Of a stretch of DNA of 64,000 nucleotides, positions 44,326 through 54,599 are shown piece by piece. This stretch comes from Candidatus Omnitrophota bacterium (lineage in GTDB: Bacteria > Omnitrophota > Gorgyraeia > Zapsychrales > Fredricksoniimonadaceae). Every line of letters starts with the position of its first letter. The stretch's first letter is position 1. The stretch is taken from assembly GCA_903908245.1 (NCBI GenBank), contig CAIVRE010000010.1, forward strand, positions 4,227-68,226, read 5' to 3'. Under the pieces are notes generated by a model. The model had not been told where the DNA came from and searched no databases. It worked only from the letters and a program-made list of their open reading frames with translations. The translations under genes and the position numbers were made by a program.

Positions 44326-45884
44326 TTCTTTGCTTCCTTATAGTATTCAATGAGCGCATTCGCGAGCCCTTCAACAGTGAACTCGCGGCTTTCAACGGTT
44401 ACCGGCAAACCGGCTTTCCTTGCCGTCGCGGCGCTGATGGGGCCGATCAGGGCAATGGTCACACCCTTGGTCTTTTCTTCAAGGCCTTTGCGCCCGAAAA
44501 CATCAACAAAACTGTCAACACAGGAAGAGCTCGTCAACATGACCGCGTCGATCTCCTTTTTCGCAAACATTGTCTTGATACGCGAATGATTTTCGATCAC
44601 TGGCACTGCCTTATACAGGCCAATGGTGTCAAGATTGAGCCCTGCAGAAACAAGCTGCTGCTCCAGGACGGGACGACTACCCTCGGCATTGACCAGAAGA
44701 AGCAAAGAATCCCTTGGCACTGTCTTGATCAATTCATCCGCCAGGGATTCCTGAACAAAATCTTTCGGGATCAAGGCCACCGGAATACCGGCTTTCTCGA
44801 GACCATCCGCCGTCTTACGGCCGATCGCAGCGAATTTCAGGTCATTTATAGTGCTTAGCTTGATCTTATTACGACGAAGGGTACTTAAGAACAGCTCAAC
44901 CCCGTTTACGCTGGTAAAAACAATCCAGTCATACACATTCAAACTCTTTAAAGTGGCCTTGATCTCAGCGCTATCACTGACTGGGACGATCTTGATCAAA
45001 GGAACAGCCGTCACCTCAGCCCCTTGCTGCTTGAGAAGCCCGATGATCTCAGCCGCCTGATGCTCGGGGCGCGTCACCAGAATGCGTTTCCCCTGCAAGG
45101 GCAACTCAACCTTGAACCAATCCAGTTTCTTCCTTAAATTGACCACATCACCGATCACGATGATCCCCGGCGGCTTGATCCCGTCCAGCTTGACCCGGGC
45201 AACGATATTCGAAAGCCTGCCCGTGACAACCCGCTGATCCTTGCGCGTCCCGTTACTGATAACAGCAACGGGTGTTGATAGCCTGGTCTTGTCTTTAATG
45301 ATCTGCGTCACGATCTTCTCTAGATTTGCCATGCCCATCAGGATGACCAGCGTCGAATTCTTGTCGAGCAGTTTATCCCAAACGATCGTCTCTTTGCCTT
45401 TATCGGGCGTCTCGTGGCCTGTCACAATATTCAAACGTGATGAAATATTCCGGCAAGTAACGGGGATCCCGGCGTAAGCCGGCACAGAATAGGATGAGCT
45501 GACGCCGGGAACGATCTCGAACGGAATACCTGCCTGGGCAAGCTCCAGCGCCTCCTCAGCCCCACGGCCGAAAAGAAGAGGATCTCCGCCTTTAAGGCGC
45601 ACCACTGTCTTGCCCTGGCGTGCTTTTAACAGAAGCCGCCGGTTGATCTCTTTCTGCTGAAGGATATGATTACCGGAAAACTTGCCCGCAAAGATCATCT
45701 CGGCCTCTTTCCCGGCAAAGCCAAGGATCTCGGGATTCACCAGCTGGTCGTACACAACGACATCGGCGGCCAAAAGGCACTGCGCCGCTTTAAGCGTTAC
45801 CAGCCCGATATCACCCGGACCCGCGCCAACCAGGTAAACCATCCCAGTCTTCATTTCTGCAACCTCAGGGCTCGATAAAGCCAT
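44322..45884 (-). CDS. cobA-hemD: Bifunctional uroporphyrinogen-III C-methyltransferase / uroporphyrinogen-III synthase (CobA-HemD fusion)
   Basis: N-terminal SUMT domain ([17 protein letters not shown]) and C-terminal HemD-like domain. 520 aa. Confidence 0.85.
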   Translation of the reverse strand: MALSSPEVAEMKTGMVYLVGAGPGDIGLVTLKAAQCLLAADVVVYDQLVNPEILGFAGKEAEMIFAGKFSGNHILQQKEINRRLLLKARQGKTVVRLKGGDPLLFGRGAEEALELAQAGIPFEIVPGVSSSYSVPAYAGIPVTCRNISSRLNIVTGHETPDKGKETIVWDKLLDKNSTLVILMGMANLEKIVTQIIKDKTRLSTPVAVISNGTRKDQRVVTGRLSNIVARVKLDGIKPPGIIVIGDVVNLRKKLDWFKVELPLQGKRILVTRPEHQAAEIIGLLKQQGAEVTAVPLIKIVPVSDSAEIKATLKSLNVYDWIVFTSVNGVELFLSTLRRNKIKLSTINDLKFAAIGRKTADGLEKAGIPVALIPKDFVQESLADELIKTVPRDSLLLLVNAEGSRPVLEQQLVSAGLNLDTIGLYKAVPVIENHSRIKTMFAKKEIDAVMLTSSSCVDSFVDVFGRKGLEEKTKGVTIALIGPISAATARKAGLPVTVESREFTVEGLANALIEYYKEAKK

Positions 45885-46768
45885 TCACCTTCATTTTTCA
45901 AAAGCTCTCGTGCAAGCATCCTGCCGATATCATCGCCCTTATCAGGATCGCCGGAAACAGTGCGCCGCACGGTCTTGGCACCGTCAGGACTGACCACCTG
46001 GACCTTCAACGTAAGAACACCCGACGCCACCGAGGCCAAAGCACCGACCGGCAGGCTGCACCCGCCGCCTAACCCCCTCAAGAACGCCCTCTCCGCGGCA
46101 ATAGACGCCCTTGTTGGCCCGTGATCAATACGGCGGACCAGATCTCTTAACCTTTGATCTCCCCGACGGATCTCGATCGCCAGAGCCCCCTGACATGGAG
46201 CGGGGAGCATAATATCCAACGGCATGAGTTCCGTGATCAGGCTTTGAAGGCCCAATCTGTTAACGCCAGCGGCCGCAATAATAATGGCGTCCACTTCCCC
46301 GTCCCGAAGTTTACGGATACGCGTATCCACATTCCCGCGAAGATCCGCGACCACCAGATCTTTTCTGGCCAGTAAAACTTGCGCCCGACGGCGGATACTG
46401 CTGGTGCCAATGCGCGCTCCTGACTTTAGATCACTGAATTCAATATGCTCACGGGAAAGAAGAGCGTCCTGCGGGTTCAGCCGTTCGCAAACAGCGCCAA
46501 GTTCAAGCCCGGAAGTAATATCACAGGGCATATCCTTCAAACTGTGTACCGCAAGGTCGATCTCGCCTTTCAGGAGCGCATCTTCCAGCTCTTTAACAAA
46601 GATCCCCTGATGATCCGGCAATGCGGAGCAGTCCGGCACCCGGTCACCGGCAGTTGAAATGGTCTTGACCTGAAATTCCTGCCCCGGACAAAAAAATTTT
46701 AACACGTCGATCGCCTGGCCGGTCTGCGTTACTGCCAGCTGGCTCTTTCTGGTCCCGACAACGATCAC
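45851..46768 (-). CDS. hemC: Hydroxymethylbilane synthase (porphobilinogen deaminase)
   Basis: The N-terminus IVVGTRKSQLAVTQT and conserved HemC blocks. 305 aa. Confidence 0.9.
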   Translation of the reverse strand: MIVVGTRKSQLAVTQTGQAIDVLKFFCPGQEFQVKTISTAGDRVPDCSALPDHQGIFVKELEDALLKGEIDLAVHSLKDMPCDITSGLELGAVCERLNPQDALLSREHIEFSDLKSGARIGTSSIRRRAQVLLARKDLVVADLRGNVDTRIRKLRDGEVDAIIIAAAGVNRLGLQSLITELMPLDIMLPAPCQGALAIEIRRGDQRLRDLVRRIDHGPTRASIAAERAFLRGLGGGCSLPVGALASVASGVLTLKVQVVSPDGAKTVRRTVSGDPDKGDDIGRMLARELLKNEGEWLYRALRLQK

Positions 46769-47454
46769 TTGCTCTCCTGTCCTTTTTTAAGGATATTATG
46801 CAAAGTCTGCCTGGCCTCGCGCACCTTGCCCTGTTCAAGCAATGACAACATGGGCGAATTGATCATCTCAAGATACATGACTTTACGCTTGGAGATTGTG
46901 TCGCAACAGGCTTTTACTTCCTTACGGGACGTCCCCATCATTTTTATGAACGATCCAAGCGCCGGCGTCGCGCATTTTGCACACTTGGCCCTCATCTTTT
47001 GAGCGAACATCGGGCTGTGACCGCTCGTTGAGATCCCCATCACCAAAGGGCCACGCCGGATAACAGCAGGGACAATGAAATTACACAAAGACGGGGCATC
47101 AACGACATTGACAAGCATTCCCCTGTCCCCGGCATGACGGGCGATCAGGGTATTAACGCTCTCATCATCAGTCGCGGCAATAACAAGAAAAACGCCTTTC
47201 AAATGCTTTTCCTGATACTTCTGCTTAATATAACAGGCCTTCCCACTTTTAATAAGTACCCCCATCTTCTTCTTGATCTCAGGGCTTACAACAATCACGG
47301 CCGCCCCGCATTCCAACAGCGAGCGGGCCTTGTGTTCGGCGACATCTCCCCCGCCGACGACAAGGCATTTACGCCCCTGAAGATCAAGATTGATAGGGAA
47401 AAAGTTCTTTAAGCGCATCGAAACACTTTCACATCTTTCTTTTGAAAAAAACAA
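46765..47454 (-). CDS. sirC: Precorrin-2 dehydrogenase / sirohydrochlorin ferrochelatase (SirC / CysG N-domain-like)
   Basis: NAD-binding LVVGGGDVAEHKARSLL motif, typical of the siroheme synthase N-terminal domain. 229 aa. Confidence 0.7.
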   Translation of the reverse strand: MFFSKERCESVSMRLKNFFPINLDLQGRKCLVVGGGDVAEHKARSLLECGAAVIVVSPEIKKKMGVLIKSGKACYIKQKYQEKHLKGVFLVIAATDDESVNTLIARHAGDRGMLVNVVDAPSLCNFIVPAVIRRGPLVMGISTSGHSPMFAQKMRAKCAKCATPALGSFIKMMGTSRKEVKACCDTISKRKVMYLEMINSPMLSLLEQGKVREARQTLHNILKKGQESK

Positions 47455-49003
47455 ACCCTAAAAAACACGCTTCAAAGACCAGAAAACAGACGATCCACTG
47501 CAGCCCGCCGGAACCGGGGCCATAACTGTGCATCCCGCGGCCAAGAACGAAATTCATCCCGTACCAGCTCATCACGACCAGCAGGAACCCCAGGATAGCA
47601 CCGGCAGCCAACGCAAAATTGTTCAGTTTTTTACTATAACGTAAATGCAGGACCGTCATATACCCGAGGAATGTGATGACCGCCCATGTTTCCTTCGGGT
47701 TCAAACCCCAAAAACGGCCACAGGCTTCATTGGCCAAAACACCGCCGAGGATCGTTCCAGCGACCAGCGCGATCTGCCCTGCCTGCAGCAAACGATCGAT
47801 CGTATGCGCCGAGAGCTGATCTTCCTGCGGAGTCATTTTCCCCCGCACCGATAAAAACAAATGCCGGTGGGCAACCGCCATCGCGAACGCGAACAAGCTG
47901 TAACTGGAAATGATCATGATCTCCTGCACCATTAACCAGTAACTGCTGCGCAGGACCGGCGACAGGATATCCAGCGACTGGTCCATCGGAAGGAGCCTAG
48001 CATAAAGCATGCCCAATGCACTCACGAACGCCCCGCTGGAGAGCAACGATTGCCGGTTCTTGATCACCACAAATATCCCCACCATAAGCATCAGGACCCA
48101 ATCCATAAAGATGATGGTCTCATACATGTTCGCCACCGGAGGCCGTTCCAGGATAAGCCAGCGCAAAAGGATCCCGTTCGTATGCGCCGTGAAACCGGCC
48201 ATGACCAGGAACATACCCAAACCTTGAGCAAAAGGTTTGGCCAACAGCAAAGATACAAAACCCAGGAAATAAAAGATCCCCGTGTAATAAAAAGGCTGGA
48301 ACATATAATACGCCGTCTCCATCCTTAACTTCACACTCATCCCTTTCGCCAACAAAGGCTCCACCTCCTTCTGCCACTGCGCGACAGACTGATCGAGCGT
48401 GGGCAATTTAGCCGCACAATCTGTGGCCAGCTTTTTAAATTCAACCGACTTTAGGCCGGAAACTTTATACGGAGATAGCCATGCTCCCTCTGTTACCGGA
48501 ATGACCGTGATCAATTCCCCTGTACCCAAGTGCTGCACCGTTGTAACCCGCTGATATACCACCTCTGCCTGCTGCTCAAGTACCGACAGGCGCTCATCTT
48601 TTTCCCGCTTTTGGGCGGCCGCCTGAACCAGCACCTCCAACGTATGGAACGCCGGCTTTATCTGCTGATAGGAAAAGTTGTTCACTTCCGGACGAAGCTG
48701 CAATAACTGCTTCAGGCCGGGATGATCGACCAGGATCAAAGGCAGGTCCAGAAAGATATGCGGATGCTCCAGATCGGCAAGAAAGAAAACCGAAGCATCC
48801 TGGCGATGCCAGTTACTCTTACCGCTCACAAATTGAAGTGTTTCCTGGGCAAAAGCCGAGAACGGCTTGATACGCCCGTGGTGCTGGATCGGTATCCCGC
48901 CGATATTTCCAGCCGCATTCGCACCGTCACAAAGGAACATCGCCGAAACAAACCACAATACAATAAGAGATCTTTTCATTGATCGTCTTCCTTTTTTGTC
49001 CAA
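47429..49003 (-). CDS. Cytochrome c assembly-family membrane protein (CcsA/ResC/HemX-like) with an N-terminal periplasmic domain
   Basis: Signal peptide, then a ~200-aa soluble domain and about 8 TM helices with a Trp-rich segment (RFWGLNPKETWAV). Sits between hemA and sirC, as hemX does in Bacillus. Confidence 0.5.
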   Translation of the reverse strand: MDKKGRRSMKRSLIVLWFVSAMFLCDGANAAGNIGGIPIQHHGRIKPFSAFAQETLQFVSGKSNWHRQDASVFFLADLEHPHIFLDLPLILVDHPGLKQLLQLRPEVNNFSYQQIKPAFHTLEVLVQAAAQKREKDERLSVLEQQAEVVYQRVTTVQHLGTGELITVIPVTEGAWLSPYKVSGLKSVEFKKLATDCAAKLPTLDQSVAQWQKEVEPLLAKGMSVKLRMETAYYMFQPFYYTGIFYFLGFVSLLLAKPFAQGLGMFLVMAGFTAHTNGILLRWLILERPPVANMYETIIFMDWVLMLMVGIFVVIKNRQSLLSSGAFVSALGMLYARLLPMDQSLDILSPVLRSSYWLMVQEIMIISSYSLFAFAMAVAHRHLFLSVRGKMTPQEDQLSAHTIDRLLQAGQIALVAGTILGGVLANEACGRFWGLNPKETWAVITFLGYMTVLHLRYSKKLNNFALAAGAILGFLLVVMSWYGMNFVLGRGMHSYGPGSGGLQWIVCFLVFEACFLGFVFFKRKM

Positions 49004-49060
49004 TAAAACAAGAGCAGAGCGCCAAGACAGCCAAGGATCGACCCTTTGCCTGACGTCCGA

Positions 49061-50143
49061 TCATTCATATACGAAGAGAGATCCCACCTCTTGGGAAACC
49101 CCGGGCTCATTCATCAATTCAAATGCGGCCGCTTTATCCAAAGCTTTATACAATTCCCTGATCTTGGAACAAATGATCTTCTCCGCCTGATCAACCGCCG
49201 CCACACGCTTGGCCTTTGTATCCAGGACTGTTTGCGATAAACCGTCAACAGACAACAACGTGACTCCGGGGATCACAGAAACATGAGGATCGATATTGCG
49301 AGGGACCGCGATATCAATAACCGCGAATTCCCTGTCCGGACGAGCATACATAACCTGCTGCATAAGCTCTTTATCCACCAGATAATGCGGAGCTCCAGTC
49401 GAGCAGATACACACGTCCGATCTTTCCAGGGCCTCTTTGATCTGCCAGAACATCACCGCCTGCGCGCCGCACTGCTCGGCCAATGCGAGCGCCTTATCAT
49501 GCGTACGGTTCATAATATAGATCTTTTCAACACCTTTATTCCTCAATTCCTGTACCGCCAGAAACCCCATTTTCCCGGAACCCATGACCAGGACGGTCTT
49601 ACCCTGCAGAGTCCCAAGGATGTTTTGAGCTTCGGTCACTGCCGCCCAGGAAATGGACGACCCGCCATAATCGATCAACGTATCCCGGCGGACCTTTTTC
49701 CCGGTTTCAATAGCCATGTTGGTCAAAATATTAAAAGTGCGGTTCATCATCTGTTCCTGCTGAGACCACGCCACCGCGCATTTCACCTGGCCAAGGATCT
49801 GTTTCTCACCAAGGATCATGGAATCAAGCCCGGTCACGACACGAAAAAGATGTTCAACGACCCCTCTTTCATAACGAATATAAAAATATTTATCGAGCCC
49901 GGCAGATAATGAAAGGCCTTTGACCGCAAAGAATCTGTCCAGGATAATGGAAGGATCCGCTTCCAAAAGATCAGCATAGATCTCGGTGCGGTTACATGTT
50001 GAAATAACAATAGCGGCCAGAACCCTTGGATCGTTCTTAAACTCAGCGAGCAGGAGATCTTTCTCGGTGGCTTGGACAAAAAAATTCTCCCGAACTTCCA
50101 ACGGGCAGGTCTTGTGGTTTACGCCAACCAAAACAAAAGGCAT
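49061..50143 (-). CDS. hemA: Glutamyl-tRNA reductase
   Basis: The N-terminus LVGVNHKTCPLEVRE and the active-site Cys block ISTCNRTEIY. 360 aa, a short form. Confidence 0.85.
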   Translation of the reverse strand: MPFVLVGVNHKTCPLEVRENFFVQATEKDLLLAEFKNDPRVLAAIVISTCNRTEIYADLLEADPSIILDRFFAVKGLSLSAGLDKYFYIRYERGVVEHLFRVVTGLDSMILGEKQILGQVKCAVAWSQQEQMMNRTFNILTNMAIETGKKVRRDTLIDYGGSSISWAAVTEAQNILGTLQGKTVLVMGSGKMGFLAVQELRNKGVEKIYIMNRTHDKALALAEQCGAQAVMFWQIKEALERSDVCICSTGAPHYLVDKELMQQVMYARPDREFAVIDIAVPRNIDPHVSVIPGVTLLSVDGLSQTVLDTKAKRVAAVDQAEKIICSKIRELYKALDKAAAFELMNEPGVSQEVGSLFVYE

Positions 50144-50172
50144 TGAAGCCTCCCCTGAGATATTATATTACA

Positions 50173-50898
50173 TCACAACCCGCTTGGCCGGCATTGCGGA
50201 GCACTGAACTTCACAACCCAGATGCTAAGCTCATATAAAACAAGCATAGGCATGGCGATCAGGCACATATTAAATGCATCCGGCGTTGGTGTCACGATCG
50301 CCGCGGCGATAAAGATCGCAAGAACAGCGTATTTCCAGTTCTTCCGCAAAAACCTGTGATCCAATACGCCTATTCTGGCAAGCAAAAAACTCAGGACCGG
50401 CATTTCAAAGACCAGCCCGCAACCAAACAGCAAGCCCGTTACAAATGACACATATTCCGAAACCGAGATCATCGGTTCCAGAACCCCTTGCGCAAACCCG
50501 ATCAGAAATTTAATGGCTGCAGGCAAAAGACAAAAATAACCAAACGCGATCCCCGAAAAGAAAGCAGCCACCGTAAACGTCAGAAAAAGAACTCCTTCCT
50601 TTTTTGCCCTCTCCCCGAGCCCCGGAGCAATAAAAGCCCAGAACTGATACAAGATCACCGGTGAACTGACCGCGATGGCCATGAAAAAAGAGATCTTTAA
50701 ATACACCAGAAAAGCTTCCGTCGGACTAAAGAAAACAAGCTTGTCGATAAGACCGGCCGCCGGAAACTTTAAAAATACAAGGATCTCCGGTACACGCGTG
50801 AACGCGAATAACGCAACAAGGATAACCACCGCCAGGGACAGAAGGATCCGACGGCGCAATTCTGCAAGATGCCCGACCAGTGTCAGCTCTTTATCCAT
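50173..50898 (-). CDS. tatC: Twin-arginine translocase subunit TatC
   Basis: 241 aa with 6 TM helices. The N-terminus LTLVGHLAELRRRIL is a TatC signature. Confidence 0.85.
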   Translation of the reverse strand: MDKELTLVGHLAELRRRILLSLAVVILVALFAFTRVPEILVFLKFPAAGLIDKLVFFSPTEAFLVYLKISFFMAIAVSSPVILYQFWAFIAPGLGERAKKEGVLFLTFTVAAFFSGIAFGYFCLLPAAIKFLIGFAQGVLEPMISVSEYVSFVTGLLFGCGLVFEMPVLSFLLARIGVLDHRFLRKNWKYAVLAIFIAAAIVTPTPDAFNMCLIAMPMLVLYELSIWVVKFSAPQCRPSGL

Positions 50899-50901
50899 CC
50901 T

Positions 50902-51075
50902 CTATTTCTTCTCGACCTTGTCGATATCATCCGTCCGATCTTCTTTCATGCCCTTTTTAAACTCGCTAATGGTCTTGCCCATGGCCCTCCCCAATCCGGG
51001 GAGCTTTTCAGCACCAAAGATTAAGAGCCCGACCAACAGGATAACAACCAGCTCAGGTAACCCTATTCCGAACAT
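50902..51075 (-). CDS. tatA: Twin-arginine translocase subunit TatA/E
   Basis: Found by hand translation and missing from the track because it is under 60 aa: MFGIGLPELVVILLVGLLIFGAEKLPGLGRAMGKTISEFKKGMKEDR... with the canonical TatA TM and amphipathic helix. 57 aa, directly upstream of tatC. Confidence 0.7.
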   Translation of the reverse strand: MFGIGLPELVVILLVGLLIFGAEKLPGLGRAMGKTISEFKKGMKEDRTDDIDKVEKK

Positions 51076-51139
51076 AATGTTCCTCCTTAAGTGTTTTTCC
51101 CTGAAGAATCCCCAACTCCCGAAAACTACAACAACCAGA

Positions 51140-52144
51140 TCAATAATTCAAGTCGGAATGCTCAACACGTTTACGCAGGATCCAGTAGGTCCAGCCCTGA
51201 TACAACAATGTGGTCGGAATAAAAAATAAGGCCACGATGCTCATCACCTTCAATGCATACGGCGATGAACTGGAATTATATATCGTTAAGGTCCATCGCG
51301 GATCCAGTGTTGAGATCAATACCCTGGGATACAAGTGCGTAAAGACCAGCCCGCCGACCAGAATGATCGTGGCCCCACTGGTCCAGAACGCCGCCAAAGA
51401 GGCCTTGCGCAGCAAGGACACTCCACACAAAGCCAATGCCACAACCGCCAGCCCGGCGAAGGTCATTTCAACTGCCGTGTGCATCATCCCCAACTTCAGG
51501 GATCCGAACAGAAGAAGCCCGGCGGCCATGATCAACGCGATAAAAAATACCACAGGCAATACCCTCTCCACTCTTTTAAGCACATCACCCGAAACCTTGA
51601 TATTCAAATAAACCGCACCATGCAAAAGGAACAACACCACAACAGCCAGCGCCGTCACCAGGCTAAACGGCGTAAACACGTCCTTCATCCCTCCGATAAA
51701 TACCATCTGATCATTGATCGGGACCCCTTGTAAAAGATCCCCCACCACAACTCCCCAAAAGAACGCGGCTGTAAAACTCCCCAAACAGATCATCCAGTCC
51801 CAGGTGGAGCGCCAGAACCGGTCCTCTCGCAAATTACGGAACTTGAGACCGATCCCGCGCAAAATAAGCCCACACAAAATAAGCGTAAAGATCATATAAA
51901 GACTGCTGAAAAGCGTGGCATACCAGGCGGGAAAAGACGCAAAAAGCACCGCACCGGCCGAGACCATCCAAACCTCGTTGCCATCCCATACCCCGCCGAT
52001 CGAACTTAAGATCATCCGGCGATGTTCATCTTCCCTGGATAAAAAAGGCAGCAGCATCCCGACGCCATAATCAAAGCCCTCAAGGAACAGGAATCCGGCA
52101 AAAAGATACGCAACAATTACAAACCAGAGCGTTGGAAGATCCAT
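51140..52144 (-). CDS. cydB: Cytochrome bd ubiquinol oxidase subunit II
   Basis: The internal start MDLPTLWFVIVAYLFAGFLFLEGFDYGVGML is a typical CydB N-terminus. ATGA overlap with the cydA stop. The longer track ORF N-terminus is rejected. Confidence 0.8.
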   Translation of the reverse strand: MDLPTLWFVIVAYLFAGFLFLEGFDYGVGMLLPFLSREDEHRRMILSSIGGVWDGNEVWMVSAGAVLFASFPAWYATLFSSLYMIFTLILCGLILRGIGLKFRNLREDRFWRSTWDWMICLGSFTAAFFWGVVVGDLLQGVPINDQMVFIGGMKDVFTPFSLVTALAVVVLFLLHGAVYLNIKVSGDVLKRVERVLPVVFFIALIMAAGLLLFGSLKLGMMHTAVEMTFAGLAVVALALCGVSLLRKASLAAFWTSGATIILVGGLVFTHLYPRVLISTLDPRWTLTIYNSSSSPYALKVMSIVALFFIPTTLLYQGWTYWILRKRVEHSDLNY

Positions 52145-52146
52145 TC

Positions 52147-53478
52147 TTAAGGTCCCTTCTTGATCTGACGAATGATCAGTGATCCTGCAATGAACGCCAA
52201 CAGGCTGTAAATGAGCGTATAAAGGATCAGCGACGATAATGCTGTCCCGGCATCCAGATTCAATGTTGATCCGGCGGACGTCTTGAGCAGCCCATAAACC
52301 GCCCAGGGCTGACGCCCCACTTCCGTTACGATCCATCCCGTAATATTGGCAATATGCGGCAAACCCATTGAGCCTAGCAACATCCAAAGAAACCATACCG
52401 GGAGAAGATGCTGTTTACGAAAGGTCATCACAACCAGGATAACCAACAAGAAAAACATGGCAATACCCGAAAAGATCATCAACCTGAATGACCAATATGT
52501 AAGCGTTACCGGCGGAATATAATCCCCCGGCCCATATTTTAAAACATGCTCTTTCTGGATATCGTTCATACCCGCAATGGTCCCGGTAAAACGATCAAAG
52601 ACCAGCACATTCAAGAGCCATGGGACAGTAATGTCAACTTGATTGACTTTGGACGCTTCATCAATAATAGCAAAAAGCGACAAACGTCCATCCGTCCTTG
52701 TCTCCCATGCCGCTTCCGCCGCCGCCAGCTTCATCGGCTGATGTTCCGCCATGTTCTTTGCCATAAAATGGCCGAGAAGAATGACCGCGATCATAGCCGC
52801 GAGGCCCATCACAACCGCCATACGCAATGAACGCCGGAAAAAATCAAGTTCAACGGTCTTCCTAATGCCATGCCAGGCGCAAACCCCGATGACAAAGAAC
52901 GAGGACGTCACGATGCAGGCAAAAACAGTATGCCAGAACATAAAATGGGCTTTGGGATTGAAAATGACCGCCGGGAAATCCACCAACTCAACACGGCCGT
53001 TGCGCAAAACATACCCCACTGGTTCCTGCATGAACCCGTTGGCACTAATGATCCAAAAAGCGGAAAGCATCGCCCCCAACGTAACCATCCAGATCGAGAA
53101 AACATGAAGTTTAACGGGAAGCTTCTTCCAGCCATAAAGCCAGACACCAATAAAAACAGACTCAAGAAAGAACGCCACCCAGGACTCGATCGCCAGCGGC
53201 GGGCCGAAAACATCACCGACATAACGGGAAAACCTGGCCCAATTAAGCCCGAACTGGAATTCCAGGACAATCCCGGTTACGATCCCCATGGCCACGCTGA
53301 CCAGGAAGAACTGCCCCCAGAATTTGGTCATGCGAAGATATACCTCCCGTTTCTTGTTCATGTAAAGCGTTTCCATGATCGCGACAAAAAGGCCAAGGCC
53401 AATGGACAATGGAACGAACAGAAAGTGATAGGAAGTCGTAATAGCGAACTGCCACCGGGAGATCACAAGCGGATCCAT
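52147..53478 (-). CDS. cydA: Cytochrome bd ubiquinol oxidase subunit I
   Basis: 443 aa. The N-terminus RWQFAITTSYHFLFVPLSIGL and the Q-loop region match CydA. Confidence 0.9.
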   Translation of the reverse strand: MDPLVISRWQFAITTSYHFLFVPLSIGLGLFVAIMETLYMNKKREVYLRMTKFWGQFFLVSVAMGIVTGIVLEFQFGLNWARFSRYVGDVFGPPLAIESWVAFFLESVFIGVWLYGWKKLPVKLHVFSIWMVTLGAMLSAFWIISANGFMQEPVGYVLRNGRVELVDFPAVIFNPKAHFMFWHTVFACIVTSSFFVIGVCAWHGIRKTVELDFFRRSLRMAVVMGLAAMIAVILLGHFMAKNMAEHQPMKLAAAEAAWETRTDGRLSLFAIIDEASKVNQVDITVPWLLNVLVFDRFTGTIAGMNDIQKEHVLKYGPGDYIPPVTLTYWSFRLMIFSGIAMFFLLVILVVMTFRKQHLLPVWFLWMLLGSMGLPHIANITGWIVTEVGRQPWAVYGLLKTSAGSTLNLDAGTALSSLILYTLIYSLLAFIAGSLIIRQIKKGP

Positions 53479-53500
53479 GGAATACCTTTCTCAGTAAAGA

Positions 53501-54586
53501 TCAACCGCACAACTTTTGGCAAATAGCTTGCGCCATTTCCTGAGTGCCGACCGCGGTCGGGTCATTACGGTCCGATTTAAGGTCGTACGTAACATCCTTG
53601 CCCTGTTTAATGACCTCAAAAAGGGCTCGCTCAAGGGCGGCGGCCGCGGATTTTTCCCCAATATGCTCCAGCATCATGATCCCCGACAGGATAGTCGCCG
53701 TCGGGTTCACCTTGTTCTGCCCCGCATACTTGGGGGCCGAACCATGGACCGGCTCAAAAAGAGCCGCGTCAGCGCCGATATTGGCACCCGGTGCTATGCC
53801 CAATCCACCGACCAGCCCTGCGCAAAGGTCTGAAACAATATCGCCATAAAGGTTCGGCAGGACAAGGACATCATAAAGCTCCGGTTTCTGCACAAGCTGC
53901 ATACACATATTATCAACGATCACATCTTCAAATGCGATGCGGCCGGCATATTCCTGCGCGATCTTCTGGCCGGTATGCAAAAAAAGCCCGTCCGTGAACT
54001 TCATGATATTCGCCTTGTGGACCAGAGAGACTTTCTTGCGGCCGCTCTTGAGCGCATATTCAAAGGCATAGCGGATGATCCGTTCCGATCCAAACACAGA
54101 TATCGGCTTAATAGATATCGCCGAGTCCTCGCGGACTTTCTTTTTGGAAAGACCATTGATCTCTTTGATAAGATGCCTGGCCTCATCGGAATAAACATCG
54201 AACTCAACCCCCATGTAGAGGTCTTCCGTGTTCTCACGAATGATCGTAAGATCAACTTTAGTATTGACCGCCCGGGTGCCTTCAATAAATCTTGCCGGAC
54301 GGACACAGGCATAAAGGTCCAGTTCCTGACGCAGTTGGACATTCACCGAGCGAAAACCCTTGCCAACAGGTGTTTCAATGGGGCCCTTGATGGCGACCTT
54401 GTTCTTCTTAATAGAGTCGATCGCCGCCTGCGGAAGCGGCGTGCCGAACTTCTCAATGGCCGGTGCGCCGACACACTGCTCTTCCCAATCGATCCTGACC
54501 CCCGTCGCATCGACACATTTCCTCATGGCCAGCGCCACTTCCGGACCGATCCCGTCCCCTGCCAGTAAAGTTACCCGAGTGCTCAT
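53501..54586 (-). CDS. Isocitrate dehydrogenase (isocitrate/isopropylmalate dehydrogenase family; NAD-type likely)
   Basis: GDGIGPEV N-terminus. The substrate block [18 protein letters not shown] carries the Ser/Asn pair typical of IDH rather than IPMDH. 361 aa. Confidence 0.7.
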   Translation of the reverse strand: MSTRVTLLAGDGIGPEVALAMRKCVDATGVRIDWEEQCVGAPAIEKFGTPLPQAAIDSIKKNKVAIKGPIETPVGKGFRSVNVQLRQELDLYACVRPARFIEGTRAVNTKVDLTIIRENTEDLYMGVEFDVYSDEARHLIKEINGLSKKKVREDSAISIKPISVFGSERIIRYAFEYALKSGRKKVSLVHKANIMKFTDGLFLHTGQKIAQEYAGRIAFEDVIVDNMCMQLVQKPELYDVLVLPNLYGDIVSDLCAGLVGGLGIAPGANIGADAALFEPVHGSAPKYAGQNKVNPTATILSGIMMLEHIGEKSAAAALERALFEVIKQGKDVTYDLKSDRNDPTAVGTQEMAQAICQKLCG

Positions 54587-54599
54587 CCCCGTCTCCCTT

